A stretch of DNA of 64,000 nucleotides from an uncultured virus (IMG/VR IMGVR_UViG_3300037488_003510) (Duplodnaviria > Heunggongvirae > Uroviricota > Caudoviricetes): IMG/VR virus record IMGVR_UViG_3300037488_003510; one strand, given 5' to 3'. The notes under the pieces were generated by a model that searched no databases, was not told where the DNA came from, and worked only from the letters and a program-made list of their open reading frames with translations. Position numbers and translations under genes: made by a program. Of this stretch, positions 50,460 through 56,947 are shown piece by piece. Each line of letters opens with the position of its first letter. The stretch's first letter is position 1.

Positions 50460-51548
50460 CTAGAACTTCAAGCAGAAGGTAGTGGGCTCGTTCTTGTCGT
50501 GAGGCCATATCGCCGCATGACAGTGCGGGCTCACGCAGCCGCCGTCTCCTGTCCATCCCCCTAAGTTGACGATCTTCCAGGGGTGGTTGTCGAGCCCCGA
50601 GACGTCTTTGTAGCCCCCGTAGTGGTCGTGACCGATGAAGAGGTAGCTCGGCATGGAGGCGTCACCCAAGGGCGCCGGGGTGGTCGGATCGCTCATCAAG
50701 GTGTTCACGTACCATTCCAGGTGGCTTCCTAGTCCATTTTGCTGCTTCTCAGAGTGTGAAACCACGGCCGGGTGAAACACGTCGGCTGGATAGCTCCAAC
50801 ACTTGGCAAAATCACTTCCGCTTCGAATGAGTGACCATTGTGTTTGACGCTCATGACTGTTGTAATCGTACAAAGCTGCCATGAGAGGCTCACTCTTCTT
50901 GTGCAAATCAAGAATGGTGTTCGGATCATTCAGATTGATGTCTGGCCTACCAATACCCGTTAAAACCTTCAGCCCAAAATACTTGGCTGCACTGTCTTGG
51001 CCGAGAATCAAATCATCCAATAGGTGTCCATGATGGAAGGTGATGTAAGGCCAGTAGCGTCCAATGGTGTAATTAGGATACGCAGCTCGAATGCGCCCAA
51101 ACTTGAAACGAGCTGGCCCGATCAAGTCTCTCAAGAAGTGATCTGAACCAGGGAGCATTTCCCCATTGTACTGTAGAAGAACATCCCCCTTGACGTTGTT
51201 GGTGAAGGGATTCAGGCTGCAATGGGTGGCTATCTTCTTCCACATGGAGTAGTCATGGTTGCCCCAGAGGATGATTAAGCTTTCAATTTTGATCTTACCT
51301 GTCAACTTCTCGAAGAACGACCTAGACACCTCGGAAACGAATGGCGAGAAGCCTTCCGGATCGAAACTGCCCGCATCCTTGGGTACGCACCCCTCGAAAC
51401 AGTCACCTGTCAATATCAGGCGATCTGTGCTGCCGTTGCATAGGCTCTCCAGCTGGTTCACGACATGCTCTTGGGCCATGGGGTCGTTGAGGACGCACAA
51501 GTCGTATCCTAGGTGTAGGTCGGAAACCGCGATGAAGTGTGCTGGCAT
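50460..51548 (-). CDS. Calcineurin-like metallophosphoesterase
   Basis: SDLHLG, GD, GNHD, HGH, GHDH, NLGGW. Confidence 0.85.
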   Translation of the reverse strand: MPAHFIAVSDLHLGYDLCVLNDPMAQEHVVNQLESLCNGSTDRLILTGDCFEGCVPKDAGSFDPEGFSPFVSEVSRSFFEKLTGKIKIESLIILWGNHDYSMWKKIATHCSLNPFTNNVKGDVLLQYNGEMLPGSDHFLRDLIGPARFKFGRIRAAYPNYTIGRYWPYITFHHGHLLDDLILGQDSAAKYFGLKVLTGIGRPDINLNDPNTILDLHKKSEPLMAALYDYNSHERQTQWSLIRSGSDFAKCWSYPADVFHPAVVSHSEKQQNGLGSHLEWYVNTLMSDPTTPAPLGDASMPSYLFIGHDHYGGYKDVSGLDNHPWKIVNLGGWTGDGGCVSPHCHAAIWPHDKNEPTTFCLKF

Positions 51549-51636
51549 GGTGATCCCTTTCGTGATGACAAGTCATAGTATTTACTTGACCGAAACCACC
51601 AGTCAATCATAAACTTGTCACCTGGAGGACCCTTCC

Positions 51637-51936
51637 ATGTCAGTAGGTGCTTGCCTACAAAATGTTCGTCTAGTTGATGTTGAGAAGAGACACGCTGAGA
51701 GTTCAAGTGGTTTCTATTCACCAACCAGAAAGCAAAGAACCGGCTTAAGACTTGGCAATCAGGTTAAGTTGGCTTTCGAATCCGTAGGAGAGCGACTCTG
51801 GCTAAAGGTAGACTCGGTTTTGCCAGATGGACGGTACACTGGTTCCATAACCTCTCGGCCTATCACTACTACATTGAAGCAAGGTGATAGAGTGGTTTTT
51901 GGACCTGAAAACATAGAAGACATCATTGCGATTTGA
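51637..51936 (+). CDS. DUF2314-like small protein
   Basis: ERLWLKV...YTG.I...P....LK.GD.V.F..ENI.D. Confidence 0.55.
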   Translation: MSVGACLQNVRLVDVEKRHAESSSGFYSPTRKQRTGLRLGNQVKLAFESVGERLWLKVDSVLPDGRYTGSITSRPITTTLKQGDRVVFGPENIEDIIAI

Positions 51937-51957
51937 TAACACGATTCACATTGTAGG

Positions 51958-52028
51958 GAGAAAAAAGAAAGGCTCGCCACCTAGGAAGACCTTGAGTGAG
52001 CCTCTGGTCCTTTTCCTAGGCGACGAGT
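51958..52028 (-). terminator. Intrinsic terminator ending the tRNA/HNH operon
   Basis: CTCGTCGCCTAGGAA...TTCCTAGGTGGCGAG then CCTTTCTTTTTT. Confidence 0.7.
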
Positions 52029-52049
52029 CTGTTGTTCATGCGGCAGTAT

Positions 52050-52781
52050 CTATTCAGCTTCTAGAACGGTAGTCCAGTACGGTTTCCATTCCTCCGGAAC
52101 CCGTTGCATATCCATTTTCACGGTCATAGCTGGAAGATAGGATGGTTTGCGAGGTCTTTTGAGCAATTCCATACCGCCCCTGATAGAACCCACGCCCAGC
52201 TCGGATGCTTTGTCCATGACTTGATTCCGATCAGGGGAATTTTCATCGAACATGACGATAGCTTTTTCCTTGAGGACCGAGGCTGACGTGACCGACGGAT
52301 CTTCTCTAATGTCAGTGACGAACTGCTCAGCCAAAGCATTTGTCTCGAAGACGAAGTTTCGGCATTCCTTGACCTCAGCCGGTAGACGGTTGCTCTTTTG
52401 CTTGTTGCATGGAACGCAAGCCGTGACAATGTTCTCCCAGGTGGTTTTGCCTCCGCGAGAACGAGGAATAACGTGATCGAAGGTCAACTCTTCTGACTCA
52501 AATCGAGTTCCGCAGAACTGACACTTGGAGCCATCGCGAGTGTAGATGTTGAGTCGTGAGAACTTAACTCGAATGCGATCTCGCTTGAAGTTGTGCAGCA
52601 CACGAACAACCGAGGGCATAGGCCAGGCGCGACTCACTCCTTGGATGGTTCGGTCTTTGGAGTATTCGAGCACTTCGACCTTACCGAGGAAAAAGTCGCA
52701 AATGACCCGTTGCCAGTTTTCCACCCGGAGGGGGCGCATGCCTACGTCGAGGACAAGTACAGCGGCGTTCATGGAATTCAC
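52050..52781 (-). CDS. HNH endonuclease with internal insertion
   Basis: SRLNIYTRD..CQFCG...TFDHVIPRSRGG...WENIVTAC..CN..K. Confidence 0.9.
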   Translation of the reverse strand: MNSMNAAVLVLDVGMRPLRVENWQRVICDFFLGKVEVLEYSKDRTIQGVSRAWPMPSVVRVLHNFKRDRIRVKFSRLNIYTRDGSKCQFCGTRFESEELTFDHVIPRSRGGKTTWENIVTACVPCNKQKSNRLPAEVKECRNFVFETNALAEQFVTDIREDPSVTSASVLKEKAIVMFDENSPDRNQVMDKASELGVGSIRGGMELLKRPRKPSYLPAMTVKMDMQRVPEEWKPYWTTVLEAE

Positions 52782-52814
52782 CTTTTTCTACAGTTTTCGA
52801 GTGTTGGTTGATAG

Positions 52815-52897
52815 TGTCTCCCGAGGGAGTCGAACCCTCACGATCTTACGATCACCAGATTTTGAGTCTGACGTGACTGCCATTTCACCAGGGAGAC
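52815..52897 (-). tRNA. tRNA-Leu(CAA)
   Basis: Cloverleaf, loop CTCAAAA, long variable arm. Confidence 0.9.
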
Positions 52898-52923
52898 ATG
52901 AAGGATGTGTGGTGCGGAAAGGT

Positions 52924-53036
52924 AAGGTGAATCCGGCTCTCCACCGAATGAGGCCGGATAGTACCACGTCTCGCTCGCCGTTTTTCGAGGTACTGGATGG
53001 TTCCCCCGCGAGCTTCGGTGCCGACTGGTTCACCTT
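52924..53036 (-). ncRNA. Unknown structured RNA (possible double pseudoknot)
   Basis: 8-bp closing stem, two hairpins, two loop-pairing segments. Confidence 0.6.
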
Positions 53037-53037
53037 G

Positions 53038-53121
53038 TGCCGAAGACAGGAGTCGAACCTGCACGCTCTTTCAAGCAACCGATTTTAAGACGGCCGAGTC
53101 TACCATTCCATCCACTTCGGC
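53038..53121 (-). tRNA. tRNA-Leu(TAA)
   Basis: Loop CTTAAAA. Confidence 0.9.
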
Positions 53122-53127
53122 AAGTTG

Positions 53128-53210
53128 TGCGCCCAGGAGGAGTTGAACCTCCACGACCTTTCGGCCACTAGGTTCTGAGCCTAGCGTGACTGCCATTCCA
53201 CCATTGACGC
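53128..53210 (-). tRNA. tRNA-Leu(CAG)
   Basis: Loop CTCAGAA. Confidence 0.9.
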
Positions 53211-53224
53211 AAGTACAAACTGAG

Positions 53225-53307
53225 TGGTGGGCGTGGGAATCGAACCCACACGACCCGAGGGCCACAGGTTCCTAAGACCTGCGCGGCTGCCATTACGCCA
53301 GCCCACC
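53225..53307 (-). tRNA. tRNA-Leu(TAG)
   Basis: Loop CTTAGGA. Confidence 0.9.
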
Positions 53308-53326
53308 AAGAGACTGGTTATCATTG

Positions 53327-53409
53327 TGCGAATGGGGGGAGTCGAACCCCCACGAGGTTTCCCTCACCAGCACCTCAAGCTGGCGTGACTGCCATTCCAC
53401 CACACTCGC
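53327..53409 (-). tRNA. tRNA-Leu(GAG)
   Basis: Loop TTGAGGT. Confidence 0.9.
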
Positions 53410-53421
53410 ATGAAACTCTTG

Positions 53422-53493
53422 AGCCGACAGGGGAACTCGAATCCCCCTTTCCTGCTTACCAAGCAGGCGAGTCGCCATCTACTCATTGCCGGC
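53422..53493 (-). tRNA. tRNA-Thr(GGT)
   Basis: Loop TTGGTAA. Confidence 0.8.
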
Positions 53494-53507
53494 AAAATCT
53501 ATCAAAG

Positions 53508-53580
53508 AGCCCTCGGCGAGAATCGAACTCGCAGATCTTCGCTTAGGAGGCGAAGCCCGATTCCAGGTTCGGACAAGGGT
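53508..53580 (-). tRNA. tRNA-Arg(CCT)
   Basis: Loop CTCCTAA; A1-C72 mismatch. Confidence 0.8.
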
Positions 53581-53584
53581 AAAT

Positions 53585-53660
53585 TGGTGGACCCGCCCGG
53601 ATTTGAACCGGGAATGAACAGTTTATGAGACAGTTGCTTTAACCGTTAAGCCACAGGTCC
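53585..53660 (-). tRNA. tRNA-CAT, probably Ile2
   Basis: Loop CTCATAA, GGACCTG acceptor, encoded CCA. Confidence 0.75.
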
Positions 53661-53666
53661 ATTGAG

Positions 53667-53738
53667 CGCTCGCGAAGGGACTCGAACCCTCCTCAGTCGG
53701 TAGACAGCCGACCAGCCTCACCCGATGCTTACGCGAGC
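53667..53738 (-). tRNA. tRNA-Asp(GTC)
   Basis: Loop CTGTCTA, G73. Confidence 0.85.
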
Positions 53739-53766
53739 ATGAAAATCGAACGAGCCAAACAAATTG

Positions 53767-53837
53767 TCGGAGTGGAGGGAATTGAACCCCCATCAATGGT
53801 GTGTAGGACCATGGCCCTGCCGTTAGACGACACTCCG
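53767..53837 (-). tRNA. tRNA-Val(TAC), atypical
   Basis: Loop CCTACAC (C33), CGG acceptor, A73. Confidence 0.7.
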
Positions 53838-53838
53838 T

Positions 53839-53912
53839 TGGTACCAGCGGCGGGGAATGATCCCACTCCACTCGCTTATGAGGCGAACGTCCCATCCACT
53901 TAGGTCACTGGC
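53839..53912 (-). tRNA. tRNA-Met(CAT)
   Basis: Loop CTCATAA, encoded CCA, degenerate T-loop. Confidence 0.7.
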
Positions 53913-53920
53913 GTACTTTG

Positions 53921-53995
53921 CGTCCATGGAGGGACTCGAACCCCCACTATTCTCGCTTCGTAGGCGAGGACCTTATCCAATTAGGCAACATGGAC
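53921..53995 (-). tRNA. tRNA-Arg(ACG)
   Basis: Loop CTACGAA. Confidence 0.9.
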
Positions 53996-54002
53996 AAAAA
54001 AT

Positions 54003-54079
54003 TGGTACCCACGGAGGGACTCGAACTCCCAACATCTTGGTTCGAAGCCAAGTGCTCTGATCCATTGAGCTACGCGGGC
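54003..54079 (-). tRNA. tRNA-Arg(TCG)
   Basis: Loop CTTCGAA, encoded CCA. Confidence 0.9.
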
Positions 54080-54086
54080 ATTATTG

Positions 54087-54160
54087 TGCTCCCAGGGGGG
54101 CTCGAACCCCGCATTCCTGGCTTGAAGGGCCAGTGTCTTGACCAATTGGACGATGGGAGC
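54087..54160 (-). tRNA. tRNA-Glu(TTC)
   Basis: Loop CCTTCAA (C33). Confidence 0.85.
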
Positions 54161-54164
54161 GAAC

Positions 54165-54241
54165 TGGTGATCTCGGGGGGAGTTGAACCCCGCATTCCGG
54201 CAGTGAGAGTGCCGTGTCCTACCAGATTAGACGACGAGATC
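54165..54241 (-). tRNA. tRNA-Glu(CTC)
   Basis: Loop CTCTCAC, encoded CCA. Confidence 0.9.
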
Positions 54242-54460
54242 GTAGAACCAAGGTGATGTGAAGTGAGAGGTTGGAGTTGGCGGAGGTCGAACACTCGTTA
54301 CGGCCTCAGCAATGAAGTCTGGTCCCTTGTCTCGATGGTAGAACCGACTTTTCATGAACTCTATGAAGGTCCAGTAGCAAGCACCGCAGTAGACAACATC
54401 ATCGGAAAAGATGTGCCCACTTTGGGGATGGTATGGCCCCCCGCAAGCAAAGCATCGCAT
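54227..54460 (-). CDS. Small CxxC...CxxC protein inside the tRNA array
   Basis: MRCFACGGPYH...YCGAC; AGGGGG SD; fills the only large gap in the array. Confidence 0.65.
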   Translation of the reverse strand: MRCFACGGPYHPQSGHIFSDDVVYCGACYWTFIEFMKSRFYHRDKGPDFIAEAVTSVRPPPTPTSHFTSPWFYDLVV

Positions 54461-54477
54461 GAAAACCCCCTAGTTAG

Positions 54478-54551
54478 TGCTCCCGGCAGGAGTTGAACCT
54501 GCAATCTCGGGCTTAGAAGGCCCTTGCTCTGATCCATTGAGCCACGAGAGC
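54478..54551 (-). tRNA. tRNA-Arg(TCT)
   Basis: Loop CTTCTAA. Confidence 0.9.
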
Positions 54552-54559
54552 GTGATGAT

Positions 54560-54681
54560 TGGAGACCGTCGAAAGGTTGCCCTTTCCGAAAGGTATTCTA
54601 GCTAGTTTCCCGCGCGAGGTTCAAGCATGGCTTGTGAGCCGTCGATATCCTTCTAGTAGCCATTCTCTCGCCACAACGGTC
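54560..54681 (-). ncRNA. tRNA-like RNA with CCA end and expanded anticodon domain
   Basis: 7-bp acceptor GACCGTT/GACGGTC followed by T-CCA. Confidence 0.6.
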
Positions 54682-54686
54682 ATAAG

Positions 54687-54767
54687 CTCTCGGGGCAGGA
54701 CTCGAACCTGCAATGTTTTTCAACGCACGGTTAACAGCCGTGTGCCCTGCCATTAGGCGACCCGAGA
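54687..54767 (-). tRNA. tRNA-Asn(GTT) with enlarged variable loop
   Basis: Loop CTGTTAA, G73. Confidence 0.85.
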
Positions 54768-54771
54768 ATAG

Positions 54772-54843
54772 AGCTGGAGATCGGAGTCGGACCGACAACC
54801 TATGGTTTACAAAACCATTGCACTACCGTTGTGCTACTCCAGC
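54772..54843 (-). tRNA. tRNA-Thr(TGT)
   Basis: Loop TTTGTAA. Confidence 0.9.
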
Positions 54844-54844
54844 G

Positions 54845-54940
54845 TAGCGGGGGCCGGACTCGAACCGGCGAAACCGAGGTTATGAGCCTCGTGGGTTGCG
54901 ATCTGGCATTTCTGTCAGATCTCCTTTTCCCTACCCCGCA
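54845..54940 (-). tRNA. Initiator-like tRNA-fMet(CAT) with hairpin inserted in D-loop
   Basis: TGCGGGG/CCCCGCT with 1:72 mismatch; CGAGG-CTCATAA-CCTCG. Confidence 0.8.
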
Positions 54941-54941
54941 G

Positions 54942-55014
54942 AGCCCCTGTGGAGAATCGAACTCCATTCTTCGGCTTACGAGGCCGACGCATCACCAAAG
55001 CATGCTTCAGGGGC
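54942..55014 (-). tRNA. tRNA-Thr(CGT)
   Basis: Loop CTCGTAA. Confidence 0.85.
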
Positions 55015-55020
55015 AAGTTG

Positions 55021-55091
55021 AGCACCGTACTGGACTTGAACCAGCGTAGCCAGCTTGGAAGGCTGGAGCCCAACCCCTAGGCCAACGGTGC
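55021..55091 (-). tRNA. tRNA-Gly(TCC)
   Basis: Loop CTTCCAA, U73. Confidence 0.85.
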
Positions 55092-55101
55092 AAAAACGTA
55101 G

Positions 55102-55174
55102 AGCGAAGAACGGGACTCGAACCCGCATGGTCCACCTTGGCAAGGTGGTGCATAGCCAATTCTGCCATCTCCGC
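55102..55174 (-). tRNA. tRNA-Gly(GCC)
   Basis: Loop TTGCCAA, U73. Confidence 0.9.
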
Positions 55175-55320
55175 AAACCTGACAACAGAGCACGGGCTAA
55201 GACGGGTGATCGTCCCATGTTGCCCATGGTGAGCCAGGGAGAACCACAGCGACTTCTTCGAGGTGTTTTCTCTCCTGATCAGGTGAGAGGACTTTTCCCG
55301 AATACTGACTGTGATTTTTG

Positions 55321-55391
55321 AGGTTCCGACAGGACTTGAACCTGTGTAGCGGGTTTTGCAGACCCGAGCCTAGCCACTCGACCACGGAACC
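55321..55391 (-). tRNA. tRNA-Cys(GCA)
   Basis: Loop CTGCAAA, U73. Confidence 0.9.
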
Positions 55392-55397
55392 ATACTG

Positions 55398-55481
55398 AGG
55401 AGAGCAGCGTACTCGAAACGCAAGCTCGAAAGCTCCATCGGTTTAGCAAACCGCGACGACGCCCTAGTCGCTTTACTCTCC
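55398..55481 (-). tRNA. tRNA-Ser(GCT)
   Basis: Loop TTGCTAA, long variable arm. Confidence 0.85.
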
Positions 55482-55487
55482 AAAATG

Positions 55488-55571
55488 AGGAAGGCGAGAG
55501 AATCGAACTCCATGCCCGAGGGCACACACCGCTTTCGAAACGGGTGCAGCTCCATAGCTGCGTCACCTTCC
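55488..55571 (-). tRNA. tRNA-Ser(CGA)
   Basis: Loop TTCGAAA. Confidence 0.85.
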
Positions 55572-55576
55572 AACGG

Positions 55577-55660
55577 AGGAGAGCGAAGGGCACGATCCTT
55601 ATGCCCGAGGGCACGCACAGCTTTCCAGACTGGCCAGGCGCCATCGCCTGTTCACTCTCC
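55577..55660 (-). tRNA. tRNA-Ser(GGA)
   Basis: Loop CTGGAAA. Confidence 0.8.
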
Positions 55661-55665
55661 AATAG

Positions 55666-55749
55666 AGGAAGACGGAGGTGACGATCCCCAAGCCCAAGGG
55701 CTCCAGCCGCTTTCAAGGCGGTGCTCGGTCCACACCAAGTTCATCTTCC
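55666..55749 (-). tRNA. tRNA-Ser(TGA)
   Basis: Loop CTTGAAA. Confidence 0.8.
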
Positions 55750-55752
55750 GTC

Positions 55753-55826
55753 TGGCGGGTCGTGAGGGAATCGAACCCCCATAAGCAGATTTGGAGTTTG
55801 CTGTCCTACCGTTAGACGAACGACCC
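55753..55826 (-). tRNA. tRNA-Trp(CCA)
   Basis: Loop CTCCAAA, G73, encoded CCA. Confidence 0.9.
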
Positions 55827-55838
55827 AATAATTCGTTG

Positions 55839-55909
55839 TGGAGCCACTGAGAATTGAACTCAGATTAACAGACTGCCAGCCTGTTGTCCTCCCGTTGGAC
55901 GATGGCCCC
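55839..55909 (-). tRNA. tRNA-Ala(GGC)
   Basis: Loop CTGGCAG, G3:U70. Confidence 0.9.
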
Positions 55910-55914
55910 ATAGT

Positions 55915-56017
55915 GCCGGGTATCCTCCCGTTGGACGACTGACTTGCCACTAGCTGTATGCGAACGCATCTTGGTTATATGGCAAACCAGACCAGAATCG
56001 AACTGGCATCCCCCAGC
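55915..56017 (-). ncRNA. Circularly permuted tRNA-like RNA (YrlA/Y-RNA-like topology)
   Basis: T-arm and acceptor 3' strand precede acceptor 5' strand and D-arm. Confidence 0.7.
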
Positions 56018-56021
56018 GTCG

Positions 56022-56094
56022 TGGATCTGAAGGGACTCGAACCCTTTGCCTCCGGCTTGCAAAACCAGCGCTCTCCCAGTTGAGCTACAGACCC
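56022..56094 (-). tRNA. tRNA-Ala(TGC)
   Basis: Loop TTTGCAA, G3:U70. Confidence 0.9.
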
Positions 56095-56106
56095 GAATAC
56101 TTGTTG

Positions 56107-56179
56107 TCGGGGTGACAGGAATCGAACCTGCTGCCTCATGCTCCCAAAGCACGCGCTCTACCATGTGAGCTACACCCCG
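56107..56179 (-). tRNA. tRNA-Pro(TGG)
   Basis: Loop TTTGGGA. Confidence 0.9.
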
Positions 56180-56183
56180 GTAG

Positions 56184-56254
56184 GGTGACCAGTGGGGATC
56201 GAACCCACGATAGCTGGTTCACAGCCAGCCGCCTTACCACTTGGCTATGGCCAC
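56184..56254 (-). tRNA. tRNA-His(GTG)
   Basis: Loop CTGTGAA, C73; G-1 not encoded. Confidence 0.9.
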
Positions 56255-56256
56255 AG

Positions 56257-56328
56257 TCCTCTCGTTGGGAATTGAACCCACTTCGGTCGCCTATCATGCG
56301 ACTGCACTAACCAATGTGCTACGAGAGG
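56257..56328 (-). tRNA. tRNA-Ile(GAT)
   Basis: Loop ATGATAG. Confidence 0.8.
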
Positions 56329-56403
56329 TTGAGCAGTGTGCAGACGGTCTGTTGAACGTCCGGTTGACTTAAGAACCTGCACTGTTCATCAACAACTTTT
56401 TTG

Positions 56404-56476
56404 TCAGCGTGGCGGGAGTCGAACCCGCAGATTCTTGCTCCCGAAGCAAGCGGCTTACCATCAAGCCATCACGCTG
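56404..56476 (-). tRNA. tRNA-Pro(CGG)
   Basis: Loop TTCGGGA. Confidence 0.85.
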
Positions 56477-56480
56477 ATTG

Positions 56481-56551
56481 TTCCGGTGGAGCGAATCGAA
56501 CACTCGTAGATGGCTCCAAAGGCCACCGTCCTGCCATTGGACGACACCGGA
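56481..56551 (-). tRNA. tRNA-Gln(TTG)
   Basis: Loop CTTTGGA, U1-A72. Confidence 0.85.
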
Positions 56552-56555
56552 ATAG

Positions 56556-56629
56556 TTCCCGAGAGAGGAGTCGAACCTCTAACCAACGGAGTCAGAGTCC
56601 GCTACGCTTCCAGTTTGCGCCACTCGGGA
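56556..56629 (-). tRNA. tRNA-Gln(CTG)
   Basis: Loop CTCTGAC, U1-A72. Confidence 0.85.
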
Positions 56630-56639
56630 ATACTATCAG

Positions 56640-56712
56640 TGCCCCTCTCCAGAGTTGAACTGGACCCTCCGCGTTTTCAGCGCAGCGCTCGTCCCACGAG
56701 AGCTTAAGGGGC
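56640..56712 (-). tRNA. tRNA-Phe(GAA)
   Basis: Loop CTGAAAA. Confidence 0.85.
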
Positions 56713-56754
56713 ATAAAGACGGGACTGGTGATCCCGCCGCATGTAAACTATGAA

Positions 56755-56786
56755 GTTGTCAAAGAGTCCTCGGAAGCAAACCGAGG
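56755..56786 (-). promoter_or_regulatory. boxB/boxA-like antitermination signal
   Basis: Hairpin CCTCGG-N7-CCGAGG followed by CTCTTTGACAAC. Confidence 0.65.
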
Positions 56787-56792
56787 CTTGAG

Positions 56793-56864
56793 TGGGATGC
56801 CTGAGAATCGAACTCAGATTGACCGATTAAGAGCCGGCGGTTCTAACCGTTGAACTAGCAACCC
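56793..56864 (-). tRNA. tRNA-Lys(CTT)
   Basis: Loop CTCTTAA. Confidence 0.9.
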
Positions 56865-56868
56865 GTTG

Positions 56869-56941
56869 TGCTTGCGGAGGGACTCGAACCCTCAATGAGA
56901 GGCTTAAAAGGCCACTGCCCTAACCATTGGGCTACGCAAGC
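56869..56941 (-). tRNA. tRNA-Lys(TTT)
   Basis: Loop CTTTTAA. Confidence 0.9.
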
Positions 56942-56947
56942 GGAGTG

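Noticed and set aside
52017..52040. Mini-ORF MNNRLVA overlapping the terminal hairpin as a second attenuator
   Set aside because: There is no same-strand gene immediately downstream and no SD, so it is treated as a plain terminator.
52924..53036. 5S rRNA or theta/HDV ribozyme identity
   Set aside because: Size and the CCAUCC and GGUACU words recall 5S, but CCGAAC and the helix layout are missing. The HDV P1-P3-P1.1 order could not be fitted by eye.
53767..55914. Amber suppressor (CTA) tRNA or stop-codon recoding
   Set aside because: CTA in the Val loop is off-register, and the CTA next to the permuted RNA lacks U33. ORFs are intact in code 11 and many end in TAG.
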